IMG/VR virus record: IMGVR_UViG_3300025129_000005 | Source: a virus | Taxonomy: Duplodnaviria > Caudoviricetes | Reading direction: 5' to 3' (one strand) | Length of the DNA: 64,000 nt | Made by a program: the position numbers and the translations under genes | The notes under the pieces: model-generated | Told to the model about the DNA's origin: nothing | The model's input: the letters and a program-made list of their open reading frames with translations, nothing else | Database searches by the model: none | Shown here: piece after piece, positions 18,097 to 28,300 of the stretch | Position numbering within the stretch: the first letter of the stretch is position 1 | How the letters are laid out: each line of letters opens with the position of its first letter

Positions 18097-19221
18097 ATGG
18101 CAATATCCTGTCCACCAAACTGCGTTAAGGGTACCCCTTTATGGGATCTTTATGATGTAACGGATCAGAATCCCGAGTTTTGTTTATATGATTCTATTAT
18201 ATCAGAGTATGTGGACATGGCGGGATTCCCTGTTATGTATTATCGTGCAAAATCTAAAATGGATCGCCTTTATGGGGAAGATCCTAATCAAGATTTTTAT
18301 GAACCAGTACGCACAAAGCTTTATTATGAACCAACAGATGAACCTAACATTATAGATATGTTTGGAATTAGATCAGACGAAACTTTGGAATATTCTTTGA
18401 TGCCTAAGTCAACGTTTTCTCGTGATGTTGTTGGTGTGGTACAAGGGATCCCTAAATCATTGAGTGTTGTTTTTGCTGGGAACGGATATTTTAATTCACA
18501 GTCAGTTCATACAATTGGTGGATCAGGTGAGGGTTTGAGAGTTGACATTAATGTAACTAATGGAGTTATTACTAAAATCAAAGTTAACACATTCAACAAG
18601 GGTTTTGGTTACAAAGTAGGTGACATTGTTTTGATTGATTCTGGTAACATTAATGCGGAATTTACAATAACATCAACAGTGGTTGAGGAAGTTATCCCGA
18701 GTCCGGGAGATGTTATTAAGACATTATGGAATAATAGAAATTATGAGATAGTTGATGTGGGCGCTGAACAAAATGTTTTCATGGCAAAAAAATTAGTATG
18801 GGAATTCATTTTGAGACCATATCGTTTTAGTGAGCAGTCATTAAGATCTGAGGAAATACACAGAAGTTCTCCGGGATGGAATTATATATACATATATCCA
18901 GATGGTGTGTTGGCGGATGTTATGTACTCTGATGGAAGTGAGGTTACAGGCATTCCTATAGATACTTTGGATATAGACCTTTCAGTATTGGAATGTGGAT
19001 ATAAATACAAGAGAAATGAAGACGGAAGTGTTGAATTGATAGAGGAAGTCCTTATTTTTGATCCAGATGATTCATCTGATACTCATACCGGTCAGTCAGG
19101 GGAAACATCGAATCTTAAAGATAAAAGTTCTCGTGTTTATGGTGATGATTCTTGGGTCGAAGTTGAGTCTGATAAAATTGATGATTATTCGGATGTTGAT
19201 TCGAAAATATTTGGATATTAA
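18097..19221 (+). CDS. gp14: Neck protein (T4 gp14 family) with an inserted beta-repeat module
   Basis: G..V.YY...DRLYGED....F, FGI.SD and P.PGD.I......YEI..V motifs. Confidence 0.82.
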   Translation: MAISCPPNCVKGTPLWDLYDVTDQNPEFCLYDSIISEYVDMAGFPVMYYRAKSKMDRLYGEDPNQDFYEPVRTKLYYEPTDEPNIIDMFGIRSDETLEYSLMPKSTFSRDVVGVVQGIPKSLSVVFAGNGYFNSQSVHTIGGSGEGLRVDINVTNGVITKIKVNTFNKGFGYKVGDIVLIDSGNINAEFTITSTVVEEVIPSPGDVIKTLWNNRNYEIVDVGAEQNVFMAKKLVWEFILRPYRFSEQSLRSEEIHRSSPGWNYIYIYPDGVLADVMYSDGSEVTGIPIDTLDIDLSVLECGYKYKRNEDGSVELIEEVLIFDPDDSSDTHTGQSGETSNLKDKSSRVYGDDSWVEVESDKIDDYSDVDSKIFGY

Positions 19222-19254
19222 TCTCCAAATGTTCGGATACTATGGAGACATATA

Positions 19255-19983
19255 ATGCCATTATTAGCTATAAAATCATTTGCCAAGAAGATAGGAAAAC
19301 CGGAATCAACCGTCGAGAAGTATTGGGAAGAAGCTAAGACTGAATCAGGGAAAGAATATAATAAGGAGACAGAGTCCAGAAAGTTCTACGGAACCGCTAT
19401 GAAGATTCTTAAAAATAAATTGAAAAAACATGAAGGCTTAACTGAATCGAGATTTTTTAACTTCATCACTAAAGATGACGGTATTCACGAAGATAAATTT
19501 AATGGATATGTTGATCTTGATCATAAAGATATGGAACTCATAAAATTGTTTTCTGGTGACAAGAAAATAAATGATCACAAGGATTTTCATAAATTAGCAG
19601 AAGATTTAGGCTTAAAAGAGGCAGCTGAATTAGAGGAGAGAGCTTATGCGATGCTTCAATCTTTCTGGTCACAGGGTCGTGCTATGAAAAAGGGCATGGA
19701 TTTCAAGGTTGATGAAAAGGAAGTTAAAATGGGGATGGAGGTAGAAAAAGAGCATACTGATAATCCTGTTATCGCATATCGTATTGCAATGGATCATTTA
19801 GCCGAAATGCCTGATTATTATACCAAGCTTGCGAAGATGGAAAGTGAGGGTGGAGTAAATGAGTCAGACGAGATTTGGCATTGTGATGAATGTGGATGGG
19901 AAGGACCAAAATCCAAATTAAAACAACCCGGTGATAAGTGCCCCAAGTGTGGTGCAAAGCCCCCTGTTGTTCATAAAAAATAA
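19255..19983 (+). CDS. Modular hypothetical protein (ChaB-like N-terminus, EHT..P..A..IA.DHL.E.PDYY domain, Zn ribbon)
   Basis: N-terminal KSFAKK.GK....VEKYW.EAK; GMEVEKEHTDNPVIAYRIAMDHLAEMPDYYTKL (DUF5661-like by recall); C-terminal CDECG...CPKCG. Confidence 0.55.
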   Translation: MPLLAIKSFAKKIGKPESTVEKYWEEAKTESGKEYNKETESRKFYGTAMKILKNKLKKHEGLTESRFFNFITKDDGIHEDKFNGYVDLDHKDMELIKLFSGDKKINDHKDFHKLAEDLGLKEAAELEERAYAMLQSFWSQGRAMKKGMDFKVDEKEVKMGMEVEKEHTDNPVIAYRIAMDHLAEMPDYYTKLAKMESEGGVNESDEIWHCDECGWEGPKSKLKQPGDKCPKCGAKPPVVHKK

Positions 19984-19992
19984 GGAATAGTT

Positions 19993-20841
19993 ATGCCGAG
20001 ACAACATTATTTTTATAATGTGATGCGTAAAACAATCATTCAGTTTCTTGATATGTTTAATGATATTGTTATAGCTAGATATAATCAGGATACAGGTGCT
20101 GTAATTAAATACATTAAAGTTCCATTAAAATTTTCCCCTAAAACAAAACAGTGGTATTGGACTGAATTAAGGGAATCCGGTGATAGAAGAGATCAGGTAC
20201 TTCCTATGATGGCTATTAATCTTGAGAATGTAGAATTTTCGTCAGATAGACAGGTCAATCGTAATGCAAAAATAGAAGCATTGAGTGAAGGTAGTAATTC
20301 AACCCAATTTTTTAATCCCGTACCTTATGATTTTTCTTTTAGTCTACAGATAGCGGCGGAGTATATGGTCGACGTTACGCAAATCGTTGAACAAATATTT
20401 CCATTTTTTACACCAGAGGCGTGGATTAGGGTTACTATACCAGAATTGAGTATAGACGGTCTTGCCAACAAAGACCAGTCTGGTTCTGATAAATTGGAGT
20501 TGAGAGTTACTTATGAGGGATCAAGTAAAGAGTCCCCGGTTGAATTGGATGAGGCTGGATATAGAGTTCTTCTCTGGAAATTGGATTTTAAGGTTCAGGG
20601 CTATCTATTTTCACCTATTACTGAAAGTAAACCAATTCATAAAGTTATTCAGAGTTATTATATAACAGAAGATGCGTGGAACAGACAGGTGTCTGATAAT
20701 GTGAATGAACCTGCGGAACTAGGGTCATCTGCCATGCACGGGGTAACAAGTGCCTCATACATTCCACCAGAAGGTATTCCGGTGGACGATGAAATTAGAA
20801 TGATGTACAAATATGAACATTTTATAGAAGGTGAGGGATAG
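19993..20841 (+). CDS. gp15: Tail terminator / sheath stabiliser (T4 gp15 family)
   Basis: YFY...RK.I..F..MFN.I, IKVPL.F.P, LP.M and PVPY.F.F.L....QIVEQI.PFF.P motifs. Confidence 0.9.
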   Translation: MPRQHYFYNVMRKTIIQFLDMFNDIVIARYNQDTGAVIKYIKVPLKFSPKTKQWYWTELRESGDRRDQVLPMMAINLENVEFSSDRQVNRNAKIEALSEGSNSTQFFNPVPYDFSFSLQIAAEYMVDVTQIVEQIFPFFTPEAWIRVTIPELSIDGLANKDQSGSDKLELRVTYEGSSKESPVELDEAGYRVLLWKLDFKVQGYLFSPITESKPIHKVIQSYYITEDAWNRQVSDNVNEPAELGSSAMHGVTSASYIPPEGIPVDDEIRMMYKYEHFIEGEG

Positions 20842-21341
20842 TGAGACAAAACTTAAATAAAGCTACAGCAAGTAATTTTCAATTAATATTTCCAAAGATT
20901 CCTACTGGCAGCACTATAAAAGATATGAAACAGTTGACGATGAATATTCATTCAACTGTTATACCGTCTCTGACCCTTGAAACAACAGATATATCATGGC
21001 AGGGTGGTATCTATCGACAGGATATCGGAAGTCTTACATTTGAACCATGGTATGTAAATTTTACAGTCGATTCAACTTTTTCTAACTGGTTGACGTTATA
21101 TAAATGGCTTACTTTTATAAATAATAATAAGGATACATATGGACGTGCAACCAACGAGTATAAAGTTGATGCGACGTTACAAATTTTGGACAATTATAGA
21201 CAAGAGATTCTCGTTATGGATATCCACGGGATATTTATAAATATGTTAGGTGAGATTACACTGACGTATCGAGAGGGAACTCAGAATCTAGAATCTAGTG
21301 CAAATTTTACTTACGATAGATATGAAATTAGAAATATCTGA
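20841..21341 (+). CDS. gp3: Tail tube terminator (T4 gp3 family)
   Basis: NF.L.FPK.P, IPS..L and L.FEP..V.F.VD...NW..LY.W motifs; GTG start overlapping the gp15 stop. Confidence 0.8.
   Translation: MRQNLNKATASNFQLIFPKIPTGSTIKDMKQLTMNIHSTVIPSLTLETTDISWQGGIYRQDIGSLTFEPWYVNFTVDSTFSNWLTLYKWLTFINNNKDTYGRATNEYKVDATLQILDNYRQEILVMDIHGIFINMLGEITLTYREGTQNLESSANFTYDRYEIRNI
21236..21243 (+). promoter_or_regulatory. Possible late promoter TATAAATA for the sheath and tube genes
   Basis: Exact consensus inside the 3' end of gp3, about 120 nt before the sheath start. Confidence 0.45.
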
Positions 21342-21366
21342 TAATAATTAGGAGGATAACAATATT

Positions 21367-23679
21367 ATGGCTTTCTACCTTTCCCCACTCGTAGACGTGA
21401 ATGAAATTGATTTGTCTACAACGATCCCAGCAGTTGCAACCAGTATAGGTGTGATTGTGCTTAGAAATACGTTTAAAGGACCAGAAAACACAAAACAACT
21501 GGTTACAGATGAAAATGACTTGATCCGTACTTTTGGTGAACCGACAGGAACATCTTATGAGGATATTATGTCGGCTACAGGGTTTTTAAAGTTTGGTAAT
21601 AAATTATACTGTACAAGGGTTATGCCTGATGACGCGAGATTTGCATCAGTTAAAATAGATGATGCGGGTGTATCTGGAAGACTTGAGACAGGTGGTGTAG
21701 GTCTTACGATAACATTTGGCGATGAGACTGGAAATGTTTCAACCCTTACCAGTGGAACACCACTATCAACTTTTTCTGGAGTTTCTAATGGTGTTCATGA
21801 AGTAACTCTAAATGGTGGTTTACTTGGTACAGGTATTAAATTAGAAATTACCGTTTCTGCTAACAGTATAACAAACACCACTATTCTTGATGGTGGTCAA
21901 GGGTTTGTTGCTGGAGAACCGATAATTGTTAACGGAACTGATATCGGTGGATCTGGCGGTTCTGCCACTTACACCGTTGCGGTCGGAGGTCTTAGTGCTA
22001 ATGCCGCAGGAGTTATTGATGCGGGCGAGTTGACACTTAACGATGGTGGTATTCGTTACGCAGCAGGTCAGGTTTATGAGGTAATGGGAACTGTAAGTGG
22101 CGGTGATGTTAATCCTGCAGGTAGTGGAGCATTTATCACTATTGATACTGTTGATGCGGTCGGAACTGTTCTTACTTATTCTATAACTTCACCCGGTAGT
22201 GAATATCAGGGTGGTCAATTGTCATTGGCAGCTGTAACTAAAGCTGATGACCCTAATTCCATTATAGATATAGCAACCGCAACACTTGATGATTTGCCAA
22301 CAGGGGACCCTGATAATTTTGGTGATGATATGTCGGTTGCCGGTGGTGACCTCATGTGGTTTATTTCTTCGTCAAGAGGAGCTTGGGGTGACGAAATTCG
22401 TGTTGCTATTATTGATCAACCGACACAACAGGATCTTTTGTATGGAGTGACAAATGATACTCCGGGTTTGCCGTCAGAAGTATTCAGTTCTATTGATAGT
22501 CAACTTGAAAAAGCTAATGACTTTTTGGTCATTGTTCAAGCTAAAGCACAAAGAAAAAATACATGGTCAACTGTTGAAATATTTAACGTTTCTTCTGACC
22601 CGAATGCACTTGATGACACAGGTACTACACGTTATGTTGAGAGTGTAATCAATCAAACATCGGAATATGTTCGAGTTGCTATTTCTTCCAATATTATCGG
22701 TGATGATGTTGATGCAGCCGTTCAAGCACATCTCGCAACTCTTTCCGCTGATGTTTGGTATAATTTTGGTGACGGTTTTAATGGAACAGGTCTCGCTGAC
22801 GATGGTAATATAATTAACGCTTATCGTCTTTATGAAAATTCTGAGGAAATTGATGTTAATCTTTTCATTGATTCAGGAAAGCCTGATACCGTTAAATCCG
22901 ATCTTATTTCTTTATGTGAAGAGCGTCTTGACTGTATGGCAATTCTTGATTGTCCTAAAAACCTCATTCTTAATAATAGAGGAAATGAGGCACTTAATCT
23001 TCGTGATTGGAGAAATATGACCATCGGAACATCTACATCATATGCGTCGTTGTATGGTAACTGGTTAGAAGTTTATGATAAGTTTAATCAGAAATATAGA
23101 TGGATTCCTTCTTCTGGTTTTGTTGCTGGTGTTTATGCGAAAACTGATGATGTTCGTGATCCTTGGTGGGCACCCGCTGGTCTGAACCGAGCAATTTTAA
23201 CCTCTGTTCGTAGACTGGCTTGGAATCCTAAACTTGGATATCGCGATATTCTATACGCAAATGGTATTAATCCGATTGTAACATTCCCCGGAGAAGGCAA
23301 AGTTATTTGGGGACAAAAAACAATGTTGTCCAAAGAATCTGCATTCAATCGTGTTAATGTTCGTAGATTGTTTTTGGTTCTTGAGAAGGCGATTTCTACC
23401 GCTGCGGTTTATTTCTTATTTGAGCCTAATGACGCGGCTACAAGGAACTTGCTGGTTAATATGATTAATCCGTTCCTTCGTGATGTTAAGTCAAGAAGAG
23501 GTATTTACGATTTCAAGGTTGTTTGTGATGAAACTAACAACACACCAGCCCGTGTTGATAGAAATGAGTTGTGGTGTAATATTTTTATTAAACCCACTCG
23601 TACTGCTGAATTCATCGTTCTGAACTTTGTCGCAACAGCAACAGGCGCATCGTTCGAAGAAGCGGCTGCGGCTGTTTAA
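21367..23679 (+). CDS. gp18: Tail sheath protein (T4 gp18 family)
   Basis: SPLV.V.EIDL N-terminus; YGNW..VYDKFN.KYRWIP.SG.VAG, PWWAPAGLNR and RVNVRRLF..LEK motifs. Confidence 0.97.
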   Translation: MAFYLSPLVDVNEIDLSTTIPAVATSIGVIVLRNTFKGPENTKQLVTDENDLIRTFGEPTGTSYEDIMSATGFLKFGNKLYCTRVMPDDARFASVKIDDAGVSGRLETGGVGLTITFGDETGNVSTLTSGTPLSTFSGVSNGVHEVTLNGGLLGTGIKLEITVSANSITNTTILDGGQGFVAGEPIIVNGTDIGGSGGSATYTVAVGGLSANAAGVIDAGELTLNDGGIRYAAGQVYEVMGTVSGGDVNPAGSGAFITIDTVDAVGTVLTYSITSPGSEYQGGQLSLAAVTKADDPNSIIDIATATLDDLPTGDPDNFGDDMSVAGGDLMWFISSSRGAWGDEIRVAIIDQPTQQDLLYGVTNDTPGLPSEVFSSIDSQLEKANDFLVIVQAKAQRKNTWSTVEIFNVSSDPNALDDTGTTRYVESVINQTSEYVRVAISSNIIGDDVDAAVQAHLATLSADVWYNFGDGFNGTGLADDGNIINAYRLYENSEEIDVNLFIDSGKPDTVKSDLISLCEERLDCMAILDCPKNLILNNRGNEALNLRDWRNMTIGTSTSYASLYGNWLEVYDKFNQKYRWIPSSGFVAGVYAKTDDVRDPWWAPAGLNRAILTSVRRLAWNPKLGYRDILYANGINPIVTFPGEGKVIWGQKTMLSKESAFNRVNVRRLFLVLEKAISTAAVYFLFEPNDAATRNLLVNMINPFLRDVKSRRGIYDFKVVCDETNNTPARVDRNELWCNIFIKPTRTAEFIVLNFVATATGASFEEAAAAV

Positions 23680-23694
23680 TTAAAATAAGATAAA

Positions 23695-23716
23695 AGGGGG
23701 AGTTAATTCTCCCCCT
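23695..23716 (+). terminator. Hairpin between sheath and tube genes (weak terminator or processing site)
   Basis: agggggag-ttaatt-ctccccct 8-bp stem; no long U tail on the + strand. Confidence 0.5.
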
Positions 23717-23741
23717 GTTAGATAATTAGGAGGATACAAAC

Positions 23742-24278
23742 ATGGGATTTAATCTTGATGACATGATCGGTAAATATAGTGATTATGCTAGAGGGTATTT
23801 GTTTTACGCTCAAATAACAAACCCTAAAGGCGGTGTTCCCGGCGACCACCCCTATCTAGTTAGTTCGACACAATTACCGACACAGACATTAGGTACAACA
23901 GAAGTTCAATGGCAAGGAAGTGTTTATAAATTCGGAACTACTCATGAATTTGAGACCATCGACATTACCTTCCGATCTGATACAGACCAAGAGTTGAGAC
24001 GTTCGTTTTTGAGATGGCAACAAATAGCACATGATCCTGTAACAAATATGCACGGGAACCCGATTGATTATTTTGGAACGGTCGGACTGTCACAACTTGA
24101 CGGTAAAGGTGAACCTATTATGAAGTATGACCTGATTAATTGTTTTCCTAGTGTGGTAGGTGAAATTTCGTTGGATTATAGTTCAAAAGAAGTTTCTACT
24201 TTTAGTGTTACATTTGTATATCAATATCACACTGTTGATGATGTTTTTGATACAGGTGCTAGTGGAGCAAGTGTTTAA
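23742..24278 (+). CDS. gp19: Tail tube protein (T4 gp19 family)
   Basis: QLP..TLG...V.WQG...KFG..HEF....ITF and QLD..G.....Y.L...FPS.VGEI.LDY motifs; directly after the sheath. Confidence 0.9.
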   Translation: MGFNLDDMIGKYSDYARGYLFYAQITNPKGGVPGDHPYLVSSTQLPTQTLGTTEVQWQGSVYKFGTTHEFETIDITFRSDTDQELRRSFLRWQQIAHDPVTNMHGNPIDYFGTVGLSQLDGKGEPIMKYDLINCFPSVVGEISLDYSSKEVSTFSVTFVYQYHTVDDVFDTGASGASV

Positions 24279-24305
24279 GTTAAAATAAAAAAAGGAGTTT
24301 TATAA

Positions 24306-25055
24306 ATGAGTGATATTAAATCTGTGGATATCAGGGGACTACTTGATATATATGAATTCCCATATATTCTTCCCGGTAGTAGAAAGGAATTATTGATCAG
24401 ACCTATTACTACAGGTCAAATGAAGAAAGTATTGGCATATGAGGACGAGACTGACCCCTATATCATCGAAGAAGCATTGGATAAATTGATTTCTGACTGT
24501 GTTGTTACGCCCGAATTTGATATTGGGAAAACCTATTTACAGGACAGGTTTTCCCTGTTACTTGAAATTCGTAGAGTCACTAAAGGTGATAATTATAATT
24601 TCACTAGAAAGTGTCATTCATGTGGACTGATGAATGTAGAGAGTATCAAAATTTCGGAACTAGATGTGAAGCCCTTTATAAAAGTAGATAATATCTTGGT
24701 TATAAACGAAAGGCTAAAGTTTGAAGTTGATTTTCCAACACGAAATGATCAAAAGGATTCTATAAGAAGGAATAATGATAGTAGTATGAGTTTAAGATCT
24801 CGACACGCCGAGGTTCAAACAGGAACTTATGCGAATTCTATAAAAAAGGTGCATACCCCGGAAGGAGTGTTCGAGGATGTGTCTTATGAAGATAAGGTCT
24901 ATATTTTAGAGAACATTTCAAGTGATGTTTTTGAGAGGTTCACCAAATGGTTCACTGAACATGATTTTGGTGTACAGTTTAAACAGGAACTTGTCTGTGT
25001 TGGATGCGGAAAGAAAGAAATAATCGAAATACCGTTATCCGATTTTTTCGTCTAA
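24306..25055 (+). CDS. gp26: Baseplate hub / tail assembly chaperone (T4 gp26-like)
   Basis: YE...LPGS.K....RP.T.GQ.K N-terminus, CxxC motifs, ends in ...SDFFV*. Confidence 0.75.
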   Translation: MSDIKSVDIRGLLDIYEFPYILPGSRKELLIRPITTGQMKKVLAYEDETDPYIIEEALDKLISDCVVTPEFDIGKTYLQDRFSLLLEIRRVTKGDNYNFTRKCHSCGLMNVESIKISELDVKPFIKVDNILVINERLKFEVDFPTRNDQKDSIRRNNDSSMSLRSRHAEVQTGTYANSIKKVHTPEGVFEDVSYEDKVYILENISSDVFERFTKWFTEHDFGVQFKQELVCVGCGKKEIIEIPLSDFFV

Positions 25056-25237
25056 TATTCGTTCTCTGTAATGATTGTGATCTTGAGTCTATACTCAAGG
25101 AGCAATACTTTCTGGCAAGGGGATCGAATATAACAATAACAGATAGTAATTTAATGCCAGAGTTTGAAAGGAAGATCATTTTTGGTATGCTGTTAAAAGA
25201 TCTTAAAGAAGAATCTAACGCATATAAACAAAAATAA
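25043..25237 (+). CDS. gp51: gp51-like hub assembly catalyst, probably the -1 frameshift extension of gp26
   Basis: L..ILKEQYFLAR.......DSNLMPEFERKI..GML..DLKEE matches the T4-like gp51 pattern. Only upstream ATG (25004) has no SD. Slippery T TTT TTC at 25043-25049. Confidence 0.65.
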   Translation, partial: FFRLIFVLCNDCDLESILKEQYFLARGSNITITDSNLMPEFERKIIFGMLLKDLKEESNAYKQK

Positions 25238-25275
25238 CCATATTCTTAGGGATTGACCCTAATGAGGCTCTATTT

Positions 25276-25309
25276 ATGGGTCTAAGAGACTAAATACTCT
25301 TAGACCCAT
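25276..25309 (+). terminator. 13-bp hairpin whose loop is a late-promoter motif (ACTAAATA)
   Basis: atgggtctaagag-actaaata-ctcttagacccat followed by ttgttttt. Confidence 0.7.
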
Positions 25310-25344
25310 TTGTTTTTACCTTATATTTTTTGCGGAGACAGATC

Positions 25345-28300
25345 ATGGCTGGAAATTATGGATTAGATATCAAAAGATACCTCGAAAGTGAAAAGAAAAA
25401 TATTAAAGCCAGAAGTGAAGCTTTGAGATTACAAGCCGAAGCCGAGGAAAATCTATCCGCCGAGAAACTTAAGATGAGAGAAAAGGGTCTCAAGGTGGCA
25501 AAGGAATACGAGAAAGCTGAGAGCGAAAGGGATGATCTTGCAATAAAAAAACTTAAGGATGAGATAGAGAATTCTAAACGGATTATTGAAGGTATTGAGG
25601 AGAGTAAAAAACACCATGAAGAGATTATAAGACAAACTAGACTGGAATCTTTGAGATTAGAAAAAAGATCGGAGAAATATAAAGATCTAGGTGGTCAAAT
25701 TTCAAACTTAGCCGGAACAATATCTAAATCCTTGGGGGCAGAAGAGGCATATAAACGAACTCTTTCTGAAATGGTTATTGATGAAATACGCGAAAATAAG
25801 GAGATAGCTAAGGTCTATAAAACAGGATCAGCTGAGGATAAGGATGTTGTTTTTGATCAAATGTTCAATAAACTTAGGGAAGTATTAGAAAAAAATAACC
25901 CAGAAGACAAAGATTTGATAGAGAACGCAATAAAAGAACTTACCGATACTCATATGGATGAACTTGTCAGTAAAAGTGAGAATATGTTTCATCCATTAAT
26001 CAAACAGTTAAAATCAACTGCCGGTGCCGTTAGGAAACAAATGCAGAATATACCTTTAATAGGAAGATTGATGTCAGATGAGATGACGGAGCATTGGAGG
26101 TCTGCTGGTAAAGATATATTGGGTGAGATGAACACACATCTTGGATCTATACTGAAACCGATTGATGTTCTTGTTGGACCTTTTAGGTCTATAGGTAAAA
26201 GTCTTATGGTCGCATTTAAATCCTTGACAAGTGGACCGACAGAATATGAAAAGAGTGTTGTTGTGTATTTAAAGAAAATAGCGGGTGATGTATCAGAAGA
26301 TAGATCGGTTGGTATTAAGGGATGGATGGAACAAAAGAAGCAATGGATTGGTGAGAAAAAACAATGGCTGTTTAGCAGAAAGCAGTGGGCTATAAGTCAA
26401 AGAGACAAAGCAAGGGAGTTATATGGAAGGAAGGATGAAGTGCTTGATGGTGTTAAAAAATTCTTTAAAAAGGGATTAATGTTTGTTATAGCGGCAGTTG
26501 GGCTTGCTGCGGGTGCCCTTGTTAAACAGATAATATACCCATTTGAGATTATGTTTAAATCTCTTAGAGCTATAGCTAAATTTCCTTTAATCTCAAATTT
26601 TATAACACAAGCTAGTAAATTTATCAATAGTTTACCGGTAATGGGCAAGGTTCTAGCAAACATCGGCGGTGTTATTGGGAAAGTTATAGGTATATTTAGT
26701 AGGGTTGGCTCATCTATTGGTGGTTATATTAGAATAGGTTTAGATTTTTTGAAAAAGTCATCTCTGATTGCGGAATCTATGGGAAAATTTGTTAAAGGGT
26801 TTAAATTAGGGTTGGGTATTATAGGTAAAGCTTTGTTTTGGGTCACAGCTATATTTGATTTTGTTAAAGGGTTCCTGAACACAGAAGGAACCATCCTTGA
26901 TAAATTGTGGGGTGGTATTGAGGGTGTCATTATAGGCTTTGTGAAGGCACCCGTAGTGATATTGAGTTGGTTGTTTGAAAAGGTTATGGGTTTCTTTGGC
27001 GTCGAAATTAAAGGTACCGCAGATAGTATTATGTCTGGTGTAAAAAATATCCTTGGTTTCGTTAAAGACTCTATAGGGTTCTTATTCAAACCTCTGATGC
27101 TTTGGTGGGGTTTTATAAAGGATATGATAGTGATACCTTTTACTGCCGTATTTAATACCATAAAATCAGTGTTCACTGGTGTATGGGATGGTCTGGAGAA
27201 AATTTTTAGCGGTGACGTGGTAGAAGGTCTTTGGGAGATTATAAAATCAATCAATCCTATATCTATATTAGGTGATTTTTTGTATAACATATTTGACTCT
27301 ATTGTTGATGTTTTTTCTGGAATAGTAGATAAGGTAAAAGATTTTTCTGGTAAGATTGGAGATTTTATTTCTAATTTAATACCGGATTGGGCTAAAAATT
27401 TATTAGGTATGGGAAAAGAAAAAAAAGATAAAGCTTATGAAGCTATGTCAGATTCATTGAATATGTATGACGAGGTTTCAAATGCCGGTGCGGTTGGTGT
27501 AAACGAAAGAGGCATGTCTTTTGGTACGGCCATGAAAAATGGTTATATTGATATTGATGAGTCACGTGAACTTGCATCACAGGACGGTAAATATAAGGTT
27601 CTTTCTAGGGAAGAGAAGAGTGAGTTAGAGAAATTATACAAGGCAGATTATGAGAGAAAAAGAGACGAGTATCTAGAGTTATCAAAACAACTCAAGTCGT
27701 CAGATGTTATGGGAGGTATTAAAGATTTCTTTGTTGGAATATGGAATGATATCTCAAACTTCTTTGGTAAGGTTGGAGAGGTTTTTACTGACATTAAAAA
27801 TGGTTTATTTGATGCAATATCTACAATATTTAACAGAGTTCCTGAGATTCTATCTGATGTAAAAAATGGTATTTTTGGTGCGATATCATCGGTAGTTGAT
27901 AGCTTTTCCGAAGTTTTTGTTGTAATGAGAGATGGTCTTTTTGATTCAATATCATCCATAGTTGATAAGATTGGAGGTATTTTTTCTAAGATAAAAGATG
28001 GTCTTTTTGGTGCAGCGAGTAAGATAGTAGATAAAGTGGTTAACATTTTTGGTTTTGGTGGTGATGATGAGGGTGATGAGAAAGAAGTTTCTACTAAAAT
28101 TAACCTCCCCGAAACAATTAAATCACCTGATATACCTGAAAGGAAGTGGCGTGGTGTAGAAGAAAAAGATCGCTTATATAACAATCAGACCAAAGATGAA
28201 GTTATTCCTAGAAGTAGATTGGACGGTGATAATAAAATTATAAACAAAGATCAGACTTCTATGGTAGATGTTGCTGCCGCTAAGATTAAATATGAAGATG

